A DNA stretch of 64,000 nucleotides, from contig NW_018408866.1 in assembly GCF_002113885.1 (NCBI RefSeq), forward strand, positions 588,760-652,759, given 5' to 3'. The translations under genes were made by a program, and so were the position numbers. The DNA is from Mizuhopecten yessoensis (lineage: Eukaryota). The notes beneath the pieces are model-generated. The model searched no databases. It saw nothing but the letters and a program-made list of their open reading frames with translations, and was not told the origin of the DNA. Of this stretch, positions 1 through 12,111 are shown one piece after another. Within the stretch, counting starts at the first letter, position 1. Each line of letters opens with the position of its first letter.

Positions 1-2870
1 GATTGTGGAAAACACTGATACTGACTGATGAAAACACTGGTACAGACTAGTGAAAACACTGGTACATAGTAGTGAAAAGACTGGTACAGATTGGGGAAAA
101 CTGAAAACACTGGTACAGACTGGGGTAAACACTGGTACTGACTGATGAAAACACTGGTACATACTAGTGAAAAGACTGGTACAGATTGGGGAAAACACTG
201 GTACAGACTAGTGAAAACACTGATACAGACTAGTGAAAACACTGGTACAGACTGGGGTAAACACTGGTACAGACTGGGGAAAACACTGGTACAGATTGGG
301 GAAAACACTGATACAGACTACTGAAAACACTGATACAGACTGGGGTAAATACTGGTACAAACTGGGGAAACACTGCTACAGACTGGGGAAAACACTGGTA
401 CAGACTAGTGAAAACACTGATACAGACTAGTGAAAACACTTGTACAGACAGGGGAAAACACTGGTACAGACTAGTGAAAACACTGGTACAGACCGGGGTA
501 AACACTGATACAGACTGGGGTAAACACTGGTACAGATTGGGGAAAACACTGGTACAGACTGGGGAAAACACTGGTACAGAATGGGGTAAACACTGGTACA
601 GACTGATGAAAACACTGGTACAGACTGGGGAAAACACTGATACAGACTGGGGTAAACACTGGTACAGACTGGGGAAAACACTGATACAGACTGGGGTAAA
701 CACTGGTACAGACTGGGGAAAACACTGGTACAAATTTGGGAAAACACTGGTACAGACTGGTGAAAACACTGATACAGACTTGTGAAAACACTGGTACAGA
801 CTGATGAAAACACTGGTACAGACTGGGGAAAACACTGGTACAGATTTGGGAAAACACTGGTACAGACTGGTGAAAACACTGATACAGACTTGTGAAAACA
901 CTGGTACAGACTGATGAAAACACTGGTACAGATTGGAGAAAACACTGGCACAGACTTGGGTAAACACTGGTACAGGTTGGGGTAATCACTGGTACAGATT
1001 GGGGTAAACACTGGTACAGACTGGTGAAGGGTAAAGACTGGTACAGACTGGGGTAAACACTGATACAGAGTGGGGTAAAAACTGGTACAGACTGGGGAAA
1101 ACACTGGTATAGACTGGGGTAAACACTGGTACAGACTTAAACACTGGTACAGATTGGGGTAAACACTGGTACAGACTGATGAAAACACTGGTACACACTG
1201 GTGAAAACACTGGTACAGATTGGGGAAATCACTGGTACAGATTGGGGAACACACTGGTACAGACTAGTGAAAACACTGTTACAGACTGGGGTAAACACTG
1301 ATACAGACTGGGGCAAACACTGGTACAGACTGGGGAAAAAACTGGTACAGACTGGGGTAAACACTGGTACACACTGATGAAAACACTGGTACAGATTGGG
1401 GAAAACACTGGTACAGACTAGGGAAAACACTGGTACAGACTGGTGAAAACGCTGATACAGACTTGTGAAAACACTGGTACAGACTGGTGAAAACGCTGAT
1501 ACAGACTTGTGAAAACACTGGTACAGACTGAAGAAAACACTGGTACAGATTGGAGAAAACCCTGGTACAGACTGGGGTAATCACTGGTACAGAATTGGGA
1601 AAACACTGGTACAGACTGATGAAAACACTGGTACAGATTGGGGAAAACACTGGTACAGATTGGAGAAAACACTGGTACAGACTTGGGTAAACACTGGTAC
1701 AGATTGGGGTAATCACTGGTACAGATTGGGGAAAACACTGGTACAGACTAGTGAAAACACTGATACAGACTGGGGTAATCACTGGTACAGATTTGGGAAA
1801 ACACTGGTACAGACTGGTGAAAACACTGATACAGACTAGTGAAAACACTGGTACAGACTGATGAAAACACTGGTACAGATTGGAGAAAACACTGGTACAG
1901 ACTGGGGTAATCACTGGTACAGATTGGGGTAAACACTGGTACAGACTGGGGAAAACACTGATACAGACTTGGGTAAACACTGGTACAGACTAGGGTAAAA
2001 ACTGGTACAGATTGGGGAAAACACTGGTACAGACTAGGGAAAACACTGGTAAAGACTGGGGTAAAAACTGATACAGACTGGGGTAAACACTGGTACAGAC
2101 TGGGGAAAACACTGCTACAGACTGGGGTAAACACTTGTACAGACTAGGGTAAAAACTGGTACAGATTGGGGAAATCACTGGTACAGACTAGGGAAAACAC
2201 TGGTAAAGACTGGGGTAAAAACTGATACAGACTGGGGTAAACACTGGTACAAACTGGGGAAAACAATGGTACAGATTGGGGAAAACACTGGTACAGACTA
2301 GTGAAAACACGGGGACAGACTGGGGAAAACACTGGTACAGACTGGGGAAAACACTGGTACAGATTGGAGAAAACACTGGTACAGACTGGGGTAAACACTG
2401 GTACAGATTGGGGGAAACACTGGTACAGACTGGGGAAAACACTGATACAGACTTGGGTAAACACTGGTACAGACTAGGGTAAAAACTGGTACAGATTGGG
2501 GAAAACACTGGTACAGATTGGAGAAAACACTGGTACAGACTGGGGTAAACACTGGTACAGACTGGGGAAAACACTGGTACAGACTAGGGAAAACACTGAT
2601 ACAGACTAGTGAAAACACTGGTACAGACTGGGGGAAAACACTGGTACAGACTAGGGAAAACACTGGTACAGACTAGTGAAAACACTGGTACAGACTGGGG
2701 GAAACACTGGTACAGACTGGGGAAAACACTGGTACAGACTAGTGAAAACACTGGTATAGATTGGGGAAAACACTGATACAGACTGGGGAAAACACTGGTA
2801 TAGATTGGGGAAAAAAGTGATACAGACTGGGGAAAACACAGGTACAGACTGGTGAAAACACTGATATATC
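1..2870. repeat. 22-bp minisatellite (ACTGGTACAGACTGGGGAAAAC variants), ~130 copies, intronic
   Basis: Continuous tandem units with variant cores (TGGGG/TAGTG/TGATG/TGGAG; AAAAC/TAAAC/TAATC); runs off the window start. The overlapping ORFs in several frames are repeat artefacts. Confidence 0.95.
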
Positions 2871-3063
2871 AGGAAAAACCTAAAACAGCCTGAGGAAAAT
2901 ACAGAAACAGACTGGTGATCATGAGAACACTGAAGCAGGCAGTGAGAAGACTGAAACAATGATGCTGATCAGCATCATTTTCTATTAGCTAGTGTTGATT
3001 AAACAGAATAAGATATAAGTGTTGAAGATTTAAAGAGTATGGCAAATAAAATATTCTCAGTCA

Positions 3064-3241
3064 AGAATGTAATTTACATGTACACCTGTGTGCTCAATTA
3101 GAATGTAATTAACATGTGTGCTCAATTAGAATGTAATTTACATGTTCTCAATTAGAATGTAATTTACAGGAGTGCTCAATTAGAATGTAATTTACATGTG
3201 TGCTCAATTAGAATGTAATTTACATTTGTGCTCAATTAGAA
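3064..3241. repeat. 28-bp tandem repeat (CTCAATTAGAATGTAATTTACATGTGTG), ~6 copies
   Basis: Directly visible tandem units ending ~15 nt from the splice donor at 3257-3258. Confidence 0.9.
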
Positions 3242-3258
3242 ACATCATTCAGACTTAC

Positions 3259-3483
3259 TATTGTCAAATTCCTTCGAGCAGACATGACATCCTGATCTTG
3301 TGCTGATTGATAACTGTACAGGATCAAAAGGCTCTAGTGGACAGAAATTACAGTCATAACACTCTATACCGCCCGCCTCCTCACTGTAGTCATTGCCCCC
3401 TATCCCCGGGAACACTCCTCCAGGAATCACGTCTTTCTGATCCCAGTACACCTGGAACTCATTATAGGAACCGTCATTCCAAC
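3259..3483 (-). CDS. CUB gene exon 5 (Gly/acidic linker and start of three-finger-like Cys domain)
   Basis: TGTTTCAG acceptor, GTAAGT donor, 225 nt; IECYDCNFC...GCHVCSK. Confidence 0.85.
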
Positions 3484-6400
3484 CTGAAACAGAACATTAT
3501 AATATCTCTTGTTGATTATATGCAAGATCAGCAGATATAACACTTGACAATACCTGTAAATTATGTACTACAGTAACTTTAACTGATAGTCCTTTAAAAA
3601 AACTAGTATTCTTCCTCTGACAGGATTATTTAAACAATGCAAAGTATATTGCAAGGCAATCCTTAGTCCCCAAACGGTAATGATTTCTATATTTAACAAA
3701 CAGTACACTTATGTCAGGAAGCATACATGTAGCTCACAGTAGTATAGGGTTATAGTGACCACCTTCTTGCATTCCGCCATCTCAAGATGTCTGTGTACAC
3801 CAAATTTGGATACTCCAGGTGAAAAAGTATAGATATGCCATGGATAGACATTTTCAAAAGTAAAAGTCAAAGGTCAAGTCATAGGCCACAATGACCAAAT
3901 TCTTGCATTCTACATTCCATCATCCCAAGATGTCTGTGTACACCAAATCTGGTAACTCCAGGTGAAATAGTATAGAACATTTGCCCGGACAAACATTTTC
4001 AAAAGTTTAGGTCAATGGTCAAAGCATAAATCACAATGAGGACTTATTTACGTAATTCTTGCACTTTGCACTCACGACTTCATCTTACGATGTCTTTGTA
4101 CACCAAATCTGGTTACTACAGGTGAAAAATAGAAGATATGTGGCGGACAAACTTTATCAAACAATGAGGTCAAAAATCAAAGCATATATCACAGTGACCT
4201 AATTCTTGCACTCTGCACTCCACCATCCAAAGATGTCCCTAATTGTATGCCCTATCTGGTTACCCGGGTTAAAATGTATACAAGATAAGGCCAGGTGAAA
4301 AAACTATTTTTTTAAAGTTAAGGTCAAAGGTCAAATTATAGGTCACAGTGAGCTAATTCTTGCACTCTGTCATCTCAAGATGTCCTTGTACACCGAATCT
4401 GGTTACGCCCATCAGGTGAAATAGAATAGAAGAAATGTGCCAGACAAACTTCTTCAACGGAATGACAGACAAACGGAGTGCAAGCCTATAGTCCCCTCCC
4501 CCTAAGAACCAGTGGGGAACTAACAAACTAAGTGAGTGCCTTAACTATACCTCCTAGGTTAGCCGCAGAGGGGTACAGGTTCACTGGTAAAATATACCAT
4601 AGAAAAAGTCAGTCATGATGATTTATGATTTCTGCTTTCTTACAAATGACTTTATGTAAAAAGTCTTCCTTTTAATGAAAGGATCTTTAGGTGGGTTCCT
4701 ATATATAGCTATGCTGTACCTCCTAAGTTACCCCCAGAGGGGTACAGGTTCCCTGCATTCGAGTATGGATACTGGGAAATCCTCAACTTGAACCCGCCAA
4801 AGCTCTCTTTCCGACCGTCGGTAACAAACTGGACTGTCAGATGGTTTTGAGTTGTCTTGAATATCTGGAGATCTGCCATGTCTGCAGGTGAATTCTTCTT
4901 CCCACATATACCAGCGGGAGGAATATTGGGGAACATCTTGGCATTGTCAGGTGTTGGACCTTAAAAACAATTAGGAACAGACATCTGTTTCATTTCTATA
5001 TGTAATTAACAAAAACACCATCTTTAATGTAATTTGATAATTTCCAAGAATATTCTTTACAAACATTTAGCGTTTAATTGAGATCAAAAGATCACGATAA
5101 AAAAGATTTCAATATTCATGTAATTTTAAAAATATGAAATAAAGTAAAAAATATACATTAGCATGCGCACTGGAATTTTGAAGATAATTTATCTTGTTAA
5201 CAGCCTTATCTGAATGAATTAAAGTAATCTCAAAACAAGGAGAAAACAATACTCAAAATACTTACCATTATAAAGCTTTAGATAATCATAGCAGAATTTA
5301 GGATATCCCCTATCATCCATCTCAGCATAACTGTCTATTGCAAGGTAATCAATTTGAACTTCAATCTGGTTGTTTGGATGAGCTTCTATAGATACAATAC
5401 AGTTCCTGCCATCTTGGTAGCTGGTGCCTACGTTGGAGTTGACATCTTCAAAATCGCGGTTGTAGAATTGGTATCTGGTGTTTACGTAGGCTGGATTTCT
5501 GCAGAACTCTTCATTGTAAGTACAGATTGAACAGTAGGAAGTAGACTGAACTATGATGTCAGCTGAAAGTGTAAATATTTAATTATAAGGATTAGAGTTT
5601 ATTCATAAACTGTACACAAAGTGTTCATTCTTAGTCAAAATTTGGTTAAGAATTTGTGAGCAATCTATATTTAGTCTCCTATACCTCCGGAAAAAGATTT
5701 GAATAAAAATATGTCGAGAACCATTGTGTATAATAGGAATAAGATCTGATTTCAATGTTTGATACTTTCCCATCCCAAAAAAAAATACTCTTTTACAAAG
5801 TTTGGTAATTGTATAGCTGACAGAGCATATATATCGAGATTGCGCTCAGAACAAAGTCATTTAATTTACAGTGAACAAAGTGTCATGATCACAATACTGT
5901 ATATATTGCTAAGTAGGGGACAAAAGTCATAAGACCCAACCAATCATGTGACACATGCACACTGCCATATAAAGATATGCAAAATCTGGCAATTGTACCA
6001 TAGCTAACTGAGCAATTACCGGGGTACCATATAAGTGCCAGAAAAAGTGATGTACAGATCTAGACTGACAGAGGGACAGAGTACAAATTAAACCTAAAGT
6101 TCCCCATGGCCACCTCCCTTGGTATGAGTGGGGGACTAATTTAATGACATTCTATCTTCAGATGTCTGATTTCCTACTAGCTCTAGATCTAAATACTAAG
6201 AATACTAAATATTCTTCGTTATATCAAATCTAAGGTAGGTCGTAAATCATTAATTAAAATATATATTGCATTTATAAGACCAATTTTGGAGTATGCAGAC
6301 ATAGTATGGGATAATTGCACCTTACAATCTATTGAATTACTTGAATCTGTACAACTAGAAGCAGCTAGGATTATAACTGGTCATCGTCCAGGGACATTAC

Positions 6401-9400
6401 ACAATAAACTCTATAATGAACTTGGTTGGGAAACACTGTTTGCAAGAAGGTATAAACATAAACAAATACTGATGTATAAGATAATGCATGGACTCTCACC
6501 TCAATACTTACAAGATGTCAAAAAACCTTTTATTAACAATTATACTAACAATCCCTACCAGACTCTTTAACCCACCTATGTGTAGAACTAATAACTATTT
6601 TGACAGTTTTTTCCCCTTTAAGTGCCGCCATGTAAACACTATGGATACTGACATGTTGAACTCTCCATCTCTTGTTCTGTTTAAACAATTACAAAATAAA
6701 GATAGTTAATGACAAAGAAGTAACTACAACTTTTAAAAACGACGGTGAAAGAATTTGAAGGGTAAATATTATTCTTTGCCAATTAAGAAATTCCTGTAGT
6801 AATTTAAATTCTGATTTATATCATGACCGTTTAATAAATAGTCCAACTTGTGCTTGTTCTTTTGAATACAAAACAGCCTCTCATTATTTCTTCAATTGTC
6901 GACTGTATATCGAACAACGAAATACTTTGTTTACTTCTTTGAATGATACTAGTAAGCATAGCCATATGGATTTAAAGATATTTTTCAAGGTTGTCTTACA
7001 TGTGATCTGAATATAAACAGACAGATGCTAAGTCATATTCAGATTTTTCTTTGAAAAACAAGGCATTTTAATTTTTATATGCATAGAAAGCCATGATGCA
7101 TTATACTGAGATATAGTAAATCAAATATATATATGTCTTATTTTAATCTGAATCAAATAACAAAGTACAAATTTTTTGATGCATAATGATAAATGAGATT
7201 ACAGTTGAGTAGGTTTGTTATATCTTGTTTATTTTCTGTTCAATATAATAAACAGAAAATAAACATAATAATATATTGCCTTTCTGTCACATTATTCAAA
7301 TGTGTATTTTAATATTTACTCATAGACAGTATTAATAATTAGTAGCAATGACCTGCATGTGCACATACATGCACATGGACTTTGGTCAAAGTCTACTCTT
7401 ACTGTACATATGATATACTGACTGTGACTTTGCTTTATTTAGTAAGAAAATAATTGTATGTGTTTGAATGTATGATTGTGAGTTGTTTGTGTATTGTTAT
7501 TGTGATGTCCTATGAGTTCATCCCCTTTGTGTTTATCATGTCGGTGTTATCTCCCCTGATCTTTTAATTATAGTATTACTCTTTATACATATGTAACTTT
7601 TCATTACATAGTATCCTTAAATTAATTAATCATTATTGTTGTAACTTCATTGTATATATATTTGATCAAATTTTGATACAACGTTTAAACAAAGCCTATA
7701 TCGTATCATTAGGTGTGGAAGTCAATCAGACTGAAGCTATATATAGCGTGTGTATATGTGCGCTGAGTACGAGAGGTCAACTGTTCGATTTCGAGCTATA
7801 TTAATATATACAGTATAAATGTTATTTACATTGTTTACGTTGAATTGTTGTTATACATGTGTAGTGTTTATGTTGAATTGTTGTGTTATACATGTGTAGT
7901 GTTTATGTTGAATTGTTGTGTTATACATGTGTAGTGTTTATGTTGAATTGTTGTGTTATACATGTGTAGTGTTTATGTTGAATTGTTGTGTTATACATGT
8001 GTAGTGTTTATGTTGAATTGTTGTGTTATACATGTGTAGTGTTTATGTTGAATTGTTGTGTTATACATGTGTAGTGTTTATGTTGAATTGTTGTGTTATA
8101 CATGTGTAGTGTTTATGTTGAATTGTTGTGTTATACATGTGTAGTGTTTATGTTGAATTGTTGTGTTATACATGTGTAGTGTTTATGTTGAATTGTTGTG
8201 TTATACATGTGTAGTGTTTATGTTGAATTGTTGTGTTATACATGTGTAGTGTTTATGTTGAATTGTTGTGTTATACATGTGTAGTGTTTATGTTGAATTG
8301 TTGTGTTATACATGTGTAGTGTTTATGTTGAATTGTTGTGTTATACATGTGTAGTGTTTATGTTGAATTGTTGTGTTATACATGTGTAGTGTTTATGTTG
8401 AATTGTTGTGTTATACATGTGTAGTGTTTATGTTGAATTGTTGTGTTATACATGTGTAGTGTTTATGTTGAATTGTTGTGTTATACATGTGTAGTGTTTA
8501 TGTTGAATTGTTGTGTTATACATGTGTAGTGTTTATGTTGAATTGTTGTGTTATACATGTGTAGTGTTTATGTTGAATTGTTGTGTTATACATGTGTAGT
8601 GTTTATGTTGAATTGTTGTGTTATACATGTGTAGTGTTTATGTTGAATTGTTGTGTTATACATGTGTAGTGTTTATGTTGAATTGTTGTGTTATACATGT
8701 GTAGTGTTTATGTTGAATTGTTGTGTTATACATGTGTAGTGTTTATGTTGAATTGTTGTGTTATACATGTGTAGTGTTTATGTTGAATTGTTGTGTTATA
8801 CATGTGTAGTGTTTATGTTGAATTGTTGTGTTATACATGTGTAGTGTTTACGTTGAATTGTTGTGTTATACATGTGTAGTGTTTATGTTGAATTGTTGCG
8901 TTATACCTGTGTAGTGTTTATGTTGAATTGTTGTGTTATACATGTGTAGTGTTTATGTTAAATTGTTGCGTTATACATGTGTAGTGTTTATGTTGAATTG
9001 TTTCGTTATACATGTGTAGTGTTTATGTTGAATTGTTGCGTTATACCTGTGTAGTGTTTATGTTGAATTGTTGTGTTATACATGTGTAGTGTTTATGTTG
9101 AATTGTTTCGTTATACATGTGTAGTGTTTATGTTGAATTGTTTCGTTATACATGTGTAGTGTTTATGTTGAATTGTTGTGTTATACATGTGTAGTGTTTA
9201 TGTTGAATTGTTTCGTTATACATGTGTAGTGTTTATGTTGAATTGTTTCGTTATACATGTGTAGTGTTTATGTTGAATTGTTTCGTTATACATGTGTAGT
9301 GTTTATGTTGAATTGTTTCGTTATACATGTGTAGTGTTTATGTTGAATTGTTGCGTTATACATTTGTAGAGGCCCTCGCTGGCGAGCCACTCATGGACAG

Positions 9401-12085
9401 AATGTATATAGCCTGTTATTCCATCCATTTGACTATTACATCTGTCAATAAAATTTCCTACTAGCTCTCCTAATAGGAAAAGAAACAATTAATAACAGTA
9501 TTTGTATTTCCTACAATGTAGGTTTTCTTGTAACATGACAAGTATTCTTGACGACCCCTACTCTCTCTCCCTCCCCCCCCTCCCCCTCCCTACCTCATCA
9601 ATGAATAATCACTGTCTGTCTACGCATCCACACTTTTGTTTCGCCAGAGATTCTTTGAATTAAAAAAACTTATCTTATTGAAATTTGACATGGTGATACA
9701 CTGGGTATAGTACTTCTACTTCTTCTAAATGGTATTGACCAACTTCAACAATTTGAAGATAAAATGTCAGACGAGGAGTGAAACATGGAAAGAGATTGTT
9801 TTTAAAAGATACGAGATGGTCTAATTTGCGTTTGATAGGTGACGGTAGAGGGCTGATTTGAATAATTCCGTTGTGGGGCTCGAAATAATGTCAGGTGGGA
9901 GTTTATTCCACTCGGGTATAGTTCGAGGGAAGAATGATGCCTTTCTGGTCTGGGTTTTTGAGTGGGGAATTTGATACGAAAACTGGTGGTTTGTTCGGGA
10001 TTTTCTAACTGTAGGGATTAATCTGTCTGATTTTACGATAGCGACTTTCTGGTTTACAATGTTATGAAGCATGGTCAGACGAGCATCTCTACGTCTATCT
10101 GCTAGAGGGCGCAGCTTTAGGTGGTCCAACATTTCTGACACACTGGAGGTACGATGGTTGTACCTGTGCTTATTGAGCACATAGCGCGCTGCCCTTCGCT
10201 GGACCATTTCCAACTTGTCAATATTTGTTTGGGTGTGAGGGTCCCATACTGTACAGGCATACTCAAGTGATGGTCAAACTAATGATTTGTATGCCTGTAC
10301 TTTGGCTGATGTTGAGCCAATTTTAAGATTTCGTCTTAAAAAGCCTAGCGTAGAATTTGCTTTTGGGCAGATAGTATTTATATGTGAATCCCATTTAAGG
10401 TCAGATGATAGTGTTACACCCAGATACTTGGCCTGACTAAGATGTTCCAGTATGTGTCCATGTAAGTTCAAGGGCAGTCACTAAAATTTGACTGGGAATG
10501 CCAAGAGGGATAGGAGTTACAATCCATATCTAAAAACCAAATTGATCAAATTGAAATTAGACACTGTGATATACATGAATATAATGTGATATTTAGGTGT
10601 GACATGCATGGTGATTGATATACTGTGATATTTAGGTGTGACATGGTGATGGATATACTGTGATATTTAGGCGTGACATGGTGATGGATATACTGTGATA
10701 TTTAGGTGTGACATGGTGATGAATATTATTCAATTATAGCCTTTGGCTGAGGTCGATGCCTGAATTTATCAACCCGAGAAAAGACATATTAACAGAGGAC
10801 GCAGTCCGAGATCAATATATCTTTTATCGGGTTGATAAATCCAGGTATTGACCAAAGTTAAAGGCTACATTTGTTTTATTATTTTCAAAACAGTGATGTT
10901 AGCAATCTGAAAAAAACATAGCAAAAAGCTGCGGAAGCGGGACGATACGTTCGTTTGGAGACACGTCATTAATCTATTTTTAGAAACACCCAGTCCTTCA
11001 ACAAAAATCACACGCTCCAAGTCAATATCGGTTTTTATCGGTGGACACATGATTCGCTTCTGGCCAATCGCTTGTCGGGAATTATATAAAAAGAAATAAT
11101 AAACTGTGATATTTAGGTGTAATATGGTGATGAATATACTGTGATATTTCGGTGTGACATGCATAGCACTAGGCTTTCTGTTTACTCTTGCAATTAATAA
11201 ATATCTAACAATTTAAGCAGTATTTTTTCCCCGAATTTTCGAGGGTCAAAACACATATCAAATAGACGTGTCCTTTCACCCAAGTGTTGAACCCTTATTT
11301 TGAACAAAGAATCGAAAAGATACTCTCAAGGTCCAAATGAAAGCATTGAATACTTATGATTGGGGTTTTAGGTGTAACTTTTTGATGAGGTCAATACATG
11401 TGCTCAAGTCACTCTAACGGTCATGTTATAAGGCTTATAACATGACAGTTAAAGCTGGGATGACTTCAAAACAAAAAGTGAATGACTGTTAGATTGAGAC
11501 ACTATATATACACATATACAAACAGAAAAAGCCCACTGTACATATATTTTAGTAGTTTTTAATATTCACCTGTACCATACATAATCCTTAGAATACGAAG
11601 TAATACCTGAATATAGAAAGAGTTCCAGCCGTAGGGTCTACTACAAAATGCCGCTGATTTCGCTTTCACTCAGTTTGGAGACTGCTTAATTTGGGTTTGA
11701 GGAAGGGGTAGGGGGGTCGGTTCCTATTTTAACGCGAAGACAGAAAAGATACGAAAGATGCATTTAGAGTATGAACTTTGGACTTTCCTTCCCTTTATAC
11801 ACCTCCACCATATATTTGTTCTGTCTTATAATTAGAACCGAACCTCATTTGGTCACCAGGGTTTAGCCTAACTTTACCTGTACTTTGGCGAAAAAAACCA
11901 CGTATAAAACCCCTAGCTGCCTGTTTGTAACGGTTTCCGTAAATCTCTCCCATCGTATATTGTTGCTATTGCAAACTTATCTCACACAGTTGTAATCTGA
12001 ACTATATTAACTATTTTGTTAAATTACCTTTGAGGTAGCCAATCCAGGTAAATACAATCAAAACAAACAACACTGCGGCATCCAT
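3259..12085 (-). CDS. Secreted or cell-surface CUB-domain protein with a downstream Ly6/uPAR-like Cys domain (3' partial, spliced)
   Basis: Exons 12085-12028, 5562-5266, 4959-4720, 4583-4551 and 3483-3259 all have GT/AG boundaries and phase-1 junctions, giving an uninterrupted ~284-aa frame: MDAAVLFVLIVFTWIGYLKADIIVQSTSYCSIC...RNCIVSIEAHPNNQIEVQIDYLAID...FCYDYLKLYNG...ICG...NHLTVQFVTDG...GFKLRISQY...IECYDCNFC...GCHVCSKEFDN. Confidence 0.85.
3630..4527. mobile_element. Non-autonomous Helentron/HINE-like element with internal ~130-150-bp tandem subrepeats
   Basis: Repeated GGTCAAAGGTCAA...CACCAAATCTGG modules and a terminal hairpin TAGTCCCC...GGGGAACTA; left end resembles 50400-50445 and 53385-53430. 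Confidence 0.6.
4551..4583 (-). CDS. 33-nt symmetric microexon (VNLYPSAANLG), paralogous to the 3' end of exon 3
   Basis: TTTTACCAG acceptor, GTATAG donor, frame-preserving; near copy of exon 3 end (GNLYPSGGNLG). Confidence 0.6.
4720..4959 (-). CDS. CUB gene exon 3 (C-terminal half of CUB plus linker)
   Basis: TTTTTAAG acceptor, 240 nt; ICG...NHLTVQFVTD...GFKL matches the CUB consensus. Confidence 0.9.
5266..5562 (-). CDS. CUB gene exon 2 (N-terminal half of CUB); absent from the ORF track
   Basis: TTTCAG acceptor, GTAAGT donor, 297 nt open; CUB motifs C-I-V-S-I-E-A and C-Y-D-Y-L-K-L-Y-N-G. Confidence 0.9.
6190..7060 (+). mobile_element. CR1/L2-group LINE 3' fragment (degenerate)
   Basis: IYIAFIRPILEYADIVWDNC...VQLEAARIITG...LYNELGWETL post-RT motifs, with frameshifts downstream. 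Confidence 0.8.
7837..9368. repeat. 35-bp minisatellite (TGTTGAATTGTTGTGTTATACATGTGTAGTGTTTA), ~44 copies
   Basis: Near-perfect tandem array; variants are concentrated after ~8850. Confidence 0.97.
9821..10471 (-). mobile_element. 5'-truncated non-LTR retrotransposon (CR1/L2-group) ORF2 C-terminus
   Basis: AKYLGVTLSSDLKWDSHI...ANSTLGFLRRNL...LEYACTVWDPH...EMVQRRAARYV...SFFPRTIPEWN. Confidence 0.85.
10561..11160. repeat. 35-bp tandem repeat interrupted by a ~380-bp fold-back insertion (10725-11102)
   Basis: TACTGTGATATTTAGGTGTGACATGGTGATGGATA units occur on both sides of an insert carrying an inverted repeat at 10737-10867. Confidence 0.7.
12028..12085 (-). CDS. CUB gene exon 1, signal peptide (MDAAVLFVLIVFTWIGYLK)
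   Basis: AAAAATG start context, hydrophobic 19-aa leader, donor G|GTAATT; phase 1 matches the acceptor of the 5562 exon. Confidence 0.7.
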
Positions 12086-12095
12086 TTTTAAATCA

Positions 12096-12111
12096 TGACG
12101 TCACCGGAAGT
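12096..12111. promoter_or_regulatory. Adjacent CRE (TGACGTCA) and ETS (CCGGAAGT) motifs just upstream of the CUB gene ATG
   Basis: Both consensus motifs are exact and abut, 11 nt 5' of the ATG at 12085. Confidence 0.5.

Noticed and set aside
230-2959. Many long Cys/Val/Phe-rich ORFs
   Set aside because: They are translations of a 22-bp tandem repeat in several frames, with no splice signals or domain.
1-9368. CRISPR-like appearance of the 22-, 28- and 35-bp repeats
   Set aside because: Units abut with no unique spacers, there are no cas genes, and the context is eukaryotic intron.
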